A stretch of DNA of 62,340 nt, counting the filler, from Choristocarpus tenellus KU-1152 (lineage: Eukaryota; Protista; Phaeophyceae), in the NCBI GenBank assembly GCA_964200185.2. It is 14 parts of 14 records of this genome, joined end to end, with 100 filler letters (N's around TTAATTAATTAA, not from the genome) between each part and the next. Parts side by side here need not be neighbours in the genome. Positions count along the whole stretch, not along the records: positions 1 to 8,415 come from CAXNAD020004741.1; positions 8,516 to 19,995 come from CAXNAD020002292.1; 12 more parts are not named here. One strand, written 5' to 3'. Each line of letters begins with the position of its first letter. The stretch's first letter is position 1. Shown here piece after piece: positions 1-11,094 of this stretch. The notes under the pieces were generated by a model that did not search any database, was not told the origin of the DNA, and saw only the letters and a program-made list of their open reading frames with translations. The position numbers and the translations under genes were made by a program.

Positions 1-137
1 CGTTTGTAAACGGTGCTGCCGGAACTAGGATCTTGACACTTCCTATCAAACACGGTAGTCAAAATTACATCGAAATCGCATCATTGGATTATGGCCCCCA
101 AATGGACGCGGTCCTACTGTCTAAGATACTTTGGCTC
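1..137 (-). mobile_element. MITE family A copy (inverted, truncated by window start) interrupting the Gypsy RNase H region
   Basis: Ends in CTAAGATACTTTGGCTC, the reverse complement of the family TIR GAGYSAAAGTATCTTAGAGGGTA. The internal sequence matches the copies at 5897 and 60393. Confidence 0.85.
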
Positions 138-1450
138 AAAATGTCGACCCCAAAGATATGGACGGCAGTGGTTAATGGCATGGGCTACTGCTAAACATTA
201 TTTGTATGTAGCTGAATAATTTCGTTGTGCTTTATCGAATTTCTTGCTAAAGTAAGCCACAATATGAAGTGAGGTGTTCGTTGGATCATCTGAAGCTTTT
301 TAAGCAAGAAAACCACCACTACCTAGATTGGAAGCATCCACATGTACCACAAAAGAATTTGAGTAGTCTGGATAATGTAAAAGGGGGGCTGATGTTAATG
401 CCATTTTAATTTTTTCAAATGCATTATCGTGAACTGATGTCCATGCTTTTCCAATTTCACCAGAAGGACGAGAGATGAACTCTTTACGTGTAAATTTTAG
501 AAGGAGTTCTGTCAGATCTGTATAATGTGGGATGAACTTTGGACAAAAATTGCACATACCAAGGATAGAACGAATGTCCTTTATTGTTCGGGGAGTGGGT
601 AGGTCAACAATAGCTTGAGTTCGAGCTTTCCCAAGACGTACCCCTGCACTAGAGACAATATGACCAAGGTATTCAACTTCTACCAGACCAAACTTCAATT
701 TAGAAGGTTTTAAAGTAAGGCCAGCATTTTGAAGGGCTATAAAAAGCTTTTCAAGCAAAGTTATACGGTGGTGCCAAGTGGTCGAACAAAGAATGAGATC
801 ATCCATGTAACATAACAGACCTGACCCCGTGCCAAAATTAGATAGAGCTCGAGCCATCATACGTTGAAAAATAAATGAAGCATTGCTCAAACCAAAAGGA
901 AGTCGTTTCGATACAAACTTGCCTTTATGGGTGACAAAGGCAGTCTTGTCAATGTCTGCTTCCGCCACAGGAATCTGATGATATGCTGATTGAACATCTG
1001 CAACAGAAAGAAAATTTGCTGCACCGATGGAATCAAGATGTTCTTCAGCTGAAGGCATGGGCCAACAACATTTAATTAGGTGCTTATTTATAGTCCGCCG
1101 ATAATCAGTGCAGAATCTTGGGGTCCCATCTGCTTTAGCAACAATAGTAACAGGGGAACCCCATGATCTAGAACAAGGTTCAATCAATCCTTGCTTTTGT
1201 AAATCGTCAACACCTTTATCAATAATGCCTCTAACTTGTGGATTGGTACGATGTGGTGCTCGACCAATAGGTCTGGTGCCTGGTTCGAGAGGAAAATCGA
1301 CTTCAGCAATGGTGCAAGTTCCCAATTCAGAGGTATCAAGGGAAAATACTAAATGGAATTCGGCACAAAGATTCAGTGTTTCTTGTATTTGAGATGAAGA
1401 GAAAGGAGTGTTGGTAAAAGCTGGTTTCAACGCATTATCAAGACACGTTC
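138..1450 (-). mobile_element. Ty3/Gypsy LTR-retrotransposon pol fragment (RT + RNase H), pseudogenised
   Basis: ORF 300-1430 has the Gypsy RT motifs WGSPVTIVAKADGTPRFCTDYR, AYHQIPV..DIDKTAF, LPFGLSNA, YMDD and YLGHIVS, then the RNase H start VHVDAS. RNase H continues in frame past two stops (IVAYFSKKF..QRNYSAT..*CLAV..RPYLWGRHF) up to the MITE at 137. Confidence 0.95.
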
Positions 1451-1452
1451 GT

Positions 1453-2352
1453 TCAGATCCGGATAGAGATGTTGCAGAGATGGTATGCAGCTACCGGTGT
1501 CTTTTCCAGTAGAAAATTGCAGAAGGTGGAGAGTTCGTCGATGAGGAGTTGGATACGATCCGGATCGTGGTTGTCCTCAAGGGCGGTGCATGTAATTACG
1601 ATGCCTCCTGGTCGGGTATGGAGAAGGGCGACTGCTCTCTCGTGGGCGGCGCTCATTTCGGACTTGAGCTTGTCAAGGTCATGCTCGGACGTGGCGTTTT
1701 TCTCTGGCGGCATCACAATGTTTGTGACTCGTGTTATCTCTGTAATGGTGGACGAGTAGGCAAATGATGAGGCGAAGTAGGAGGCAAAACAACGGGAAGA
1801 GGGGAAAGGGTTAGGAGGCAAAGGATGAGGTAGAGGTTGGTGAAAAGGGGGAAGGAGGATATGAGGAGGAGGCAAAGGCTGAGGAAAGATGGAAGGAAAG
1901 GAGTACATGCGATTCGTCGTACTTAGGCAGATTCTTTGAGCCCAAAAATCAGGAAGACAAGTAGGGCTTGTAACATAGGTGTAAGAGGATGCGTATAGGA
2001 CTATAGGACATGAGCGGCGACATAATTTCCCACCCTGTGCTGGGTTGTGTCGATCGATACAACACAGTGAAAGTATGAATAAATCTATTTGACGAGCATC
2101 TTTGCAACATATAAAACTCGAGAACCCTGCGTCAGTGTACAGTGTGAAACTGTCCAACGTCGGTAAGATCTGTGAGAGTCAAGGCGATGTGTTTGGTGTA
2201 GGGAACAATGTTTGATGTTCACATTTGGCGATGTTGTACAATGATGTATTGCTTGCCTACTTGTTCGCCATTGGTGTTCAAGGCAATGCCCTCTGAGAAT
2301 TTGGCGATGTCCAGGTAGACTGTACCCCCTCCTCCCCATCCTCCCCACAACA
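1453..2352 (-). mobile_element. Probable 5' part of the same retrotransposon (candidate LTR/5'UTR and gag-like N-terminus)
   Basis: A short ORF MPPEKNATSEHDLDKLK... lies directly upstream of RT on the same strand, and the minus strand begins TGTTGT at 2352. No second LTR is available to confirm this. Confidence 0.35.
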
Positions 2353-3636
2353 CGAGGTCCCTCTTTACCTGTGGATTTTAAGGGGTTAAATTAATGTGCG
2401 CGATCAGGGCGTTTATTGTGAGGTGACTTGTTACGAATTCAAATACGGTGGACAGATGAGAGGATGAACCTGACACTCCCTTGGGTACCTCTTCGCTCAG
2501 GATGTATCGTTTCTTTCGAGCAGGCACTTCTGAAGACCTGGCTGAGGAGTCATCGGCGTCGGGGTCAATCCCGAGCTCGTCTTTCCTCTTGAGATCGCTC
2601 ATGACCTGCACGGCGACCTCCAGCACATCCTTGGTTTGCATTCTCCTTAAGTATGCCCTTTTGATTTTCCAGGGTTGCGATGCCCATTCTTCCTCGGCCT
2701 GGGCGGCAGTGGAATTGAATCATGTGGATATATCTTCCATATGAATCTCCTGTGCTCGCCTATCTGGAGGTTCACTCCGACGTCTGAGGCCCATCGTGTT
2801 GTGATGTGGGCCGGGAGGTTGATGCCACATGGGATATTATCCTCCTTCACCATGCACTCGATGGCCCTCAGGAGCATTATTCTATGTTGTCCATTCAGAC
2901 AAAACAAAGATGTTATCGTCGTCGTCCGGATCCCTAGTGTCGCCACCTCATCTACGTACAGGTTGCCGTGGGCAATGCAGTCCGCCGTCGGACATATCAG
3001 AGGATACATTTGCCCTGCGCATGTCGGCCTTGAACTTATTGATGGCTTTCCATCTCGAGCACAAAGAGAAAGGCTGTCCACTCAGGAATCCCCGCGAGCT
3101 TATTGGCAGCAACCTGTGAGTCTGGCCCCGGCTTTGAAAACATGGACTACCCTATCCTTGTCAAGGAGATTGGCATTGTACCTCTGGGACAAGAAAGCAG
3201 ATGTGGCCAGGTCAATCGTACAGGTCATGCTGAGGTTTGACGTGATCAACTCTGTTTTCCTCTTCAGGTTTCTTTGGGCCTCTGGCCGTCTGCCTGTGAA
3301 GGTAGGGGGGGATATTTTATGGCAACGATATCAGCAAACGAGAAGGATATCGACGCAGGGGCATATACTATTGTTAGGCGATGAAAGCAAGGGTGTTGTC
3401 GTACAAACAGTGATAAAGTGTGTGATCAATGATGACAGGATCTGTAGGGAGTGCGAGGTTCATGTCCATGCGTGGGCTAGGCAAACGTGAGATGATAAGA
3501 GCGAGGCGCTGTTGTCATCATGAGGACAGCGTGGTGCTTTCTGTGGAGACTGCTATTTGCGAACATGCATTGAATGGTAAACCCCGCTGACATGGAAGGA
3601 ATATTGAATATGAGAACGCACCAATACTGTACGTAG

Positions 3637-4093
3637 ACGAAAAAGATTACGCGCCGACCCAGGTTAGATGTCGGGAGGGTAACCATGCACAGGTTTGTGT
3701 TTGACATAGGGCAGACAGCAATGAAGAAATTTGATGTGTTACGTCGGACAGTAAAGGCCATCAATTTCCAAGGCATGGCAAGACGGTTGGGGGTGGTGTG
3801 TATCGATTTGAAACAAGAACTCTAACCAGGAAAGCATACTCTGGAACCGCGAAAGTGAAAGAAGAAGACAAAAAGGATTTACGCACCGACCCAGGTTAGA
3901 TGTCGGGAGGACAACCATGCACAGGTTTATGTTTGACACAGGGCAGACAGTAACGAAGAAAATTGATGTGTTACGTCGGACGGTAAAGGCCATCAATTTC
4001 CAAAGCACGGAAAAACGATTGGAGGTGGTGTGTACCGATTTGGAACAAGAACCCTAAGCAGGAAAACATTAAGTCGAACAGCGAAAGTGAAAG
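3637..4093. repeat. Diverged tandem duplication, 2 x ~232 bp
   Basis: CCCAGGTTAGATGTCGGGAGG...GGCCATCAATTTCCAA...GCGAAAGTGAAAG recurs at 3658 and 3890. Confidence 0.9.
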
Positions 4094-5896
4094 CATGAAT
4101 GCACTAGTTTGAAAAGAATTGGCAATTATGGAACGTAGTTAAAAGTAGAAATTTGGGTATGTTCTGTCGGTTGGCAGAAGCCATCAAATTCTAAAGTGAG
4201 GTTACCGCGGTTTTTTTACTAAGCTACGCGCGCGTGTTGATACCACCGCGCGAGATATATCGAGATTGCATTGTGACGCGATACGAACCTTATCGGAAAA
4301 GTTCCAATTGTATCGGAGCCCTAACACGTGCGTATCGATGGTGTCACCACGTAACATTCGATAGACGGATATTGGGGTGCGTGGAATCGGATTGTGGAAT
4401 CTTACTTCTATTTCGAATCAGTTATCTGATTACTCTCAACATATGTCACTGCAACCCATGTTCCAATTTCGGGAAAAGGTTGGGTTGCATTCGCTGAAAT
4501 TAATTCTGAGGATAGCCGCTGCATTGTAACTAAGTCTCATCCATAATCCGTTATGATTTAATTCGACGGTTTACTATCTCGTTCCCCAAAGAATTACTCT
4601 GCAAAATCCTAGTGGGTGAATTTGACTTCTAATCTGTAAAGAATAAATACAATATATGTATCAGAGAACAGAGGATAATTTGATATGGGTAGGAGAGTTT
4701 GGCTCGTCGGTACAAATCAATGAGTTAATCTTCACCTATATATCCCCCCCCCAAAAGAGCTTTACATATATGAGGCATCCGCAAGTCTACCGTATACGCT
4801 CGATAGTAGAAAACTAGGCTATGGCCGCAGCCTTCCGCATCACACATTTCTCTCTCTTTAAAAAAAAGAAGTAACACATGGCAACCTTTACCACGATTTT
4901 GGACTGGCCATCAAAAAGGGTGCATTCTCTCACCGAAATATGAATCCACTCAGTTGCCGTCTCAACGGACCTGTAAGAGCTTTCCTTTGATGTATGGGAC
5001 GTCGATTGTAGACGAAGCACCTGAAAGGACCGCTGTGTGCCCTACGAAAGTCAGACAAGAGTTTTCGAGGAGCTCGATGTGGAAAGGGGTGAAGTTATTG
5101 ATGCGTGGACGCGATGCATAAACACGTTGAGCCGTCACGACTGCTGCAAGAGTTCTCGCAAAGTCTGACCTTGGGCAGGAACATCTCCAAGTCACTGATT
5201 CCCAGCGGAACCTGTGAAATAAAAGAACAGTGTGATCCACGAAAAACAGATCGGGAATGTGAGTGTACGAATGGCGAGGAAGAACTACCTAGGCAACGTC
5301 TATACCATGGCGGTCAAAAACCACTCATTTACGACTATAGGTGGATGATGTGGTGGTCAGAGACCACTCGTTGTACAACAATGAAGGATGATGGTTTCCT
5401 CGGAGTCACAAATGCCATCACACCCACGGAGACAACGAGGCTATGATGAAAACCCCGCAGACGCCACATGAAGATCACAAACTCAAGTGGGAAAAGAAAA
5501 GAATCCAGGCGGGCGTAGGAAGCTACAAAGAATCCTAAGTGTTGAGGTGAATACGGAGTATTCTCTCCAGTTTGAAGAGAGGCGGTAGGACCTCCATGTT
5601 ACAGGCGCCCCTCAGAACTCGCCTCCACAGGATATGCAACTCAAATTGAACGACCTTAAAACGACGCTATGAGGGGAGTTCACAGATGACAACCGCGTAC
5701 GGTGTCAGCTTGATGCTTAGCTCAGTCAATGTCTCGCTTTTTGCTTTATCAAAAGAGGTAACATTAAAAAGGAACTGAGGGTGTGGTAGTCCACATCAGC
5801 CTTTTATTAACATCATTCACCATTTTTCTACAGCCAAAGAGTTAAATGAAGTCTGCAAACTGCTATGTAGATACTTCAATCATAAATCTTTATTCT

Positions 5897-6154
5897 GAGC
5901 CAAAGTATCTTAGAGGGTAGAACCGCGTCCATTTCGAGGTCAAATTCCAATGTTCCGATTTTGATGTAATTTTGACTATCATGTTTTTGGGGAAGCGTCA
6001 ATATCCTTGTTCCGGACACACCTCTTCATAACGTGCAAATTTTATCTACTCCTAAACATATCGGAGTAGGAAAAAGTCATAAAACACCTGTGGGAAGCCA
6101 AGTCCCAAATGGACAAATAGGGCAAAACTCGTACCCTCTAAGATACTTTAACTC
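5897..6154 (+). mobile_element. MITE family A, full-length 258 bp with 4-bp TSD (TTCT)
   Basis: TIRs GAGCCAAAGTATCTTAGAGGGTA / TACCCTCTAAGATACTTTAACTC, TTCT on both flanks, and an internal hairpin CTACTCC..GGAGTAG. Confidence 0.9.
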
Positions 6155-6334
6155 TTCTGCAACTTTCAGGAATTGATATCTATTCTATGAGGTTATGGAT
6201 GCATTTCGAATCTTAGTCTGCATCTTCTATCAATTCAAAGTTCCTCTTATGTGAATTCTTACGTATGTATACTGTTCGCGCATTTTGGCACACAGAAAGA
6301 AATGCTCGCGCTATTCGCCTGTAACAGTACAATA

Positions 6335-6506
6335 TTAATAGCAGTGAAGTAACTGATAGATTAGTGGTTTTCACACTTACAGTGTTTTATAGTGTTTTCA
6401 CATTTATGATGTTTTATTTCTTTAGGGCTTATACTGACATATGTGTAGTTTTCATTTGTTTTCCCCCTGACACATCTGCAAAATGTCAGAGGGCATAATA
6501 ATATAA
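6335..6506 (+). mobile_element. Heavily 5'-truncated 3' UTR copy of the RLE-type LINE
   Basis: Ends CACATCTGCAAAATGTCAGAGGGCATAATAATA, the same terminal motif that follows the RLE ORF remnants near 30390 (+) and 7650 (-). Confidence 0.6.
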
Positions 6507-7644
6507 TCTAGGAAAATCAATTATCTCAACTCAAGTCGAACTAAGAACTTCATCCATAGAAATATGACTAACTTGTAATGCGAAACGGTCAAAAACTGGG
6601 TACCTCTCGTTAAATGTGTCTCTTACCCCTCATCTCCATAAATATTGCTTCATATGAACTGAGGACCAGCCCACCTGTTTGCCACAGTCTGACTCTGGTA
6701 TATTACCAAGGGACACGTGGGAGTAGAGGGCGTTTGTTTTTGTATTCGTGTTTTCCTTTTATTCCACTCTCTGAGTAGAATGCAGCCTCTCGCGCTTACT
6801 TGCATACTTGCCACCCATTTTTTTTTATTTATTATATTTTTGGAGACACAATCACAACACGAATGAACAGTATATATGAGAAATGGGAGAGGGGAGAAAG
6901 TTGTAGAAACAAAGAAAACAAAGAAAACACCATGCAGTAAATTTAACTTTACAAGATCTGAGGGATGCCATTTACCTTTGACACATTACACATTATCTCC
7001 AAGACCATACATCCTATAGGCAAAGACTTAAATGGGGTAAAATAAAGATACTAGGTTAGTCCTACAACTCAGTCCATTCACCACCACTAAATGAGAAAGA
7101 GGATAAACTGAAACTCCACTGAAGGCAAAACCTAAGTCTAGCACACTGTCATAGGAAGAGAAAAGAGACTTAGGAGAGGGGACTCAAGATTAGGCAAACA
7201 ATCAGGTGATCTAACCGGAGAGGAAGAGACCCATAAGAGAGGATCAAGTACTGATTATAGTAGTCAACAGGTACCAGGGACTGGTTCTGAATCCTGATGT
7301 GTCTGAGCTGCCTTGTGTGCTACTTCTGTATGGCGCGATTGTCAGCTAGTTACTGTCTCTCTGTCGTGCCGCCATCCTTGATGTACTTAGCACCATCAAC
7401 CACACATCCATGCCACTAATCATGGTGATTTCCTGCCATGGTCCTCTATTCCTTAGTCGTCAACTCAAACGTCTCATGTGAACAAACTGATGAGTATGTA
7501 TAGTGTAGTCAAATTAATACCACAACATTCGGGTTTAGTATGCAGTATGTGTGGCAAGGAAAGATGCTACCCTCCTGTCTGTATGGAATTACCCGTACCA
7601 TGATCAGACACTATCAACATACCCCACTATTTCGTAATATATAC

Positions 7645-8290
7645 ATTACAATGCCCTTTGGCATTTTACAGATATGTTAGGAAAAATAAAAAACAAAACT
7701 ATATTACGCGAAGCTACTGTTGAAATAATTTAAATACAACACCTCCCAAAACTTATGGACTATTGGAAAACTAATAATACAACAATGCCCCCTTAAAGGT
7801 TATCCACTAAATATATGTAAACTCCTATGCTCTTAACATACCTTAGCCTATGAAGATGGGCAAGTAGGCAGATAATTATTTCAAGAATCTGTCAGACCCC
7901 CTCGTCCAACTGTCTGGTTGTCTATAGCTTGAAACGCATGATGGGTGTTGAGAGACAGTAATATGCACCATCTTCCTCAAACGAGACTTGGCAGCCTCTT
8001 CCCTGCAATACCCCTCAGTCCTTCTGCTCCCAACTGCATAGGTGGGCAAATCATCCAGGAAACTCTCTGCCTGCTTATCAAGGAACCCCCAAACTCTCCA
8101 CTATGATGGTGTTGAGAATATATCTACGAGCGTCAATACATCCTCGTAGTGGGTGCGTTTTCGCGGCCCGACTGCAGCACCAGCTGCGCCATTGTTGGTA
8201 GATGAATGTGGCAAGTGACAGGGTGGTTGGACCTCTGCAAAGGCAACACCCAGAAGGAGGATTTAGTCTTGGTAGGGAGGTGATCTGGTA
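7645..8290 (-). mobile_element. Degenerate 3' end of a non-LTR retrotransposon with restriction-like endonuclease (CRE/NeSL-like)
   Basis: The minus strand encodes LLGVAFAEVQ..HL..GAAGAAVGPRKRTHY and GFLDKQAESFLDDLPTYAVG..GYCREEAAKSRLRKMVHITVS, homologous to 29950-30170. The shared 3' terminal motif follows. Confidence 0.75.
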
Positions 8291-8415
8291 TTGGAAGTAC
8301 GTTTACATAAAAAACAGTGTGGATGTGAATAAAATAAGGGAAAATGTGAGAGCCATATTCCACAGAAGGTATACCCTGAAGGTAACCTATCTTGAACATC
8401 ATGTAGAAGGTATAC

Positions 8416-8515
8416 NNNNNNNNNNNNNNNNNNNNNNNNNNNNNNNNNNNNNNNNNNNNTTAATTAATTAANNNNNNNNNNNNNNNNNNNNNNNNNNNNN
8501 NNNNNNNNNNNNNNN
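8416..8515. other. Artificial contig linker (N44-TTAATTAATTAA-N44). Also at 19996, 24903, 28501, 32542, 35419, 38394, 42588, 45208, 49150, 51755, 54778 and 57512
   Basis: An identical 100-bp spacer with six-frame stops occurs 13 times. Confidence 0.99.
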
Positions 8516-8640
8516 CTGTTAGAAATAATGTTCGTATTTCCTAAACATGAGGATAAAATGCTCGCGCTATTTGCGTGTAACAAATGCTTGCACTTCGTTG
8601 AAATACAAGAAGAAACGCTCGCGCTATTCGCCTGTAACAG

Positions 8641-9052
8641 CTCTACCCTCTAAGATATTTTGGCTCAACGTATTCATTTGCCCTACTCCAAGAGTCAAAG
8701 TATCTAAGAGGGTAGAGCCGCGTCCGTTTGGGGGCAAAACCCCAATGTTCCGGTTTTTATGTAATTTTGGTTATCATGTTTGTTAGGAAGTGTCAATACT
8801 TTTTCCAGACACACCTTTTCATGAAGTATACATTTTACCTACACCGAAACATTTTCGAGTAGGAAAATGTCGCAAAAAACCCCGTGGGAAGCCAAGCCCT
8901 AAACGGAGAAACAGAGAAAAACTCGTACTCTGTAAGACACATTCACTCCAAAACATTTCCGAGTAGGTAAAATGTCATAAAAAACCCGTGAGAAGCAAAG
9001 CCCCAAACAGAAAAACAGAGAAAAACTCGTACCCTCTAAGATACTCTCACTC
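8641..9052 (+). mobile_element. MITE family A cluster: inverted solo TIR (8641-8666) plus a copy 8692-9052 with a duplicated right half
   Basis: TIR motifs at 8641, 8692, ~8925 and 9030-9052. The block CCGAAACATTT.CGAGTAGG..CCCGTG.GAAGC occurs twice. Confidence 0.85.
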
Positions 9053-9099
9053 TTTTCATTCTTTCCATCGTATGTGATTCCAATCCCCCTTCGTATCGC

Positions 9100-9211
9100 C
9101 CACTTGACCCAATATTCTTTTAGCAGCATCCCAATGAATGCACTTTTCCTGATTTTGGTCCAAATGGACACCCTGGTGTAGACCCCCCCCCCCCTCCCAG
9201 ATACTTTGGGT
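9100..9211 (-). mobile_element. MITE family B fragment
   Basis: GCACTTTTCCTGATTTTGGTCCAAATGGACACCCTGG...CCCCCCTCCCAGATACTTTGGG. Matches 19526-19708 and 38174-38316. Confidence 0.7.
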
Positions 9212-11094
9212 GTTTCATAGAATGATTGAACACCCTCTTGGTTGGGACTGGTACCCCTAGGAATTTGATGTTGAAACAGTCGCATGCACATATTGCCTAG
9301 AATTTGTTCACAGATGGGAGTGTAGCTCGATTCAGCTGATTGTCTATTGGCCATCACAATGGCGCCCACACGATTCTTGAAAATAGCTGACAACTTGCCA
9401 AAATTGCAAACTGGGGGGGCAACCTTGTTCGTGGACATCCCAAAACCTCATTGGGGGTAAGTCTTTATTGGAAGGATACTTAACAACGAGGGAGTTGCCG
9501 TGAGCATTATTAGGCACAGACGGGATATTGGACTCTGGTTGAGAAGTACTCATCTTCATATTTAAGGTTGGCATGGCCACTACCACCAAACCTTGGTCAT
9601 GTGGAGTCCCCTCCATCACTTCATTAACAAACTTCTTGGTGTAGATGAGTTAGCCATCCATTACGTCTGGATATTGAACGTCGCCTCTTCACTATCTTCA
9701 CCCCTTTCCTCGTGGTCTTCTGCTAACATGCTGAACTGGTTCAGGGCCGAATTACGGGCAGGGCCTTCCCTCAGCCTCTGCTCTGCTATCCCTTCCTGCT
9801 CTAGTGAGCCACCAGGGATGCCTTTGTCTACAGATTTAGATGTGGGAATCGGTCGAGGTTGGGCAATAATGGTACCCCTCTCTTTCCTCCATCAGTTGTT
9901 ATGTTTAAGCTCGCCTTCTTCTTCCCCTTCTTTGTAGCCGAATTCTCCTTACTTGTGGCATTAGATGTGGTGGTAGGTGTGGGAGTGGTGATATCAGACA
10001 TAATGTGGTGTGATTCAGCCCCCTTAAACACTCGGTGTGAGTACCACTGTGGAAGTGTCAAGGTGCCAAAGCTTTCTCCACAAGGGGGCAATCACAATCA
10101 CCAGACTGAACTCTTCCACCTCAGAGGGTGAGACCAAGTTTCACAGGTCTTGACCCAACATCTCAAAGTCAGCTGAGGAAATCCAGAACAGAACAAAAAC
10201 CTGAAAGCACAACAGATGTCCCAGAATGACTGAGCAACGTCACAACAGAGAAATGGATCAGTCAGAATCGGAATGGATTTTCGTTCTGACAGTCCTTTTG
10301 ACTGTTTGATCAAATCCGGATCTTATGGGTGTGGTTGGTTTTTACGAACTGGTCGGTATGGGGAGTTCCAACGACGTGGTTAGCGCGCACAAAAGTATAT
10401 GGCCGCGCGTCCTATCCACAAATGTGTGTGTTGGTCCCTGACAGATGTATCTACATACTATTACTACCACTACTTTTGATAAATTCGATCAATCAAACTA
10501 GTCCTAGTTGATGTCTTACACCTTTCTGATTGTGAAGCCTTTTTTTGGTGTATATGATATGGGTGATGTGGTAAGATGATTAATCCAGAATCTTCTAATC
10601 GGTTCTTCCATGAGAATACTCGAACAAAAAATATTGAGGATGATATGCGTTCTGATTTTATATTTCGTGAGAGAGTAGAATTCTAAAGGAAATTTGGTCA
10701 AGAAAACTGTACTGCTCTTTTTTACCTCTCAGTTCCTTCCTGTATATATGTATGTGTCCCTACATTTCAACTTCCCATACTAACATATTTGGTCATAGAA
10801 CGATGTGATTTTATTTGTTGACAAACATGAAAGGACGAGAAAGGAGGGGATTACTAAGGTAATGGATGATGAAGATACTCCTGGTCAATCGAAGCGGAAG
10901 GCAATGGGTGATGGGGATTCTCCTGACCAATCTAAGCGGATGGTGATGGTCTTGCTCCCAGTTTTATTGTTGTACTGCATTTGCTCAAGATTGCTTTTTG
11001 GTGACCTAAGAAACAAGAGTGAGAAGCAACCCAACGAGTCCCTCATAATTGCAAGCTACTTCCACTCGATGTCTTTGCTCATCTTGTTTGCATA

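Noticed and set aside
2378-3490. 271-aa ORF 2675-3490 (+) and overlapping minus ORFs
   Set aside because: No recognisable domain. It looks like degenerate repeat-derived sequence, with stops in the more protein-like minus frames.
9300-10450. Gag-like degenerate coding remnant on the minus strand
   Set aside because: Fragmented by stops and frameshifts, with no diagnostic motif to classify it.
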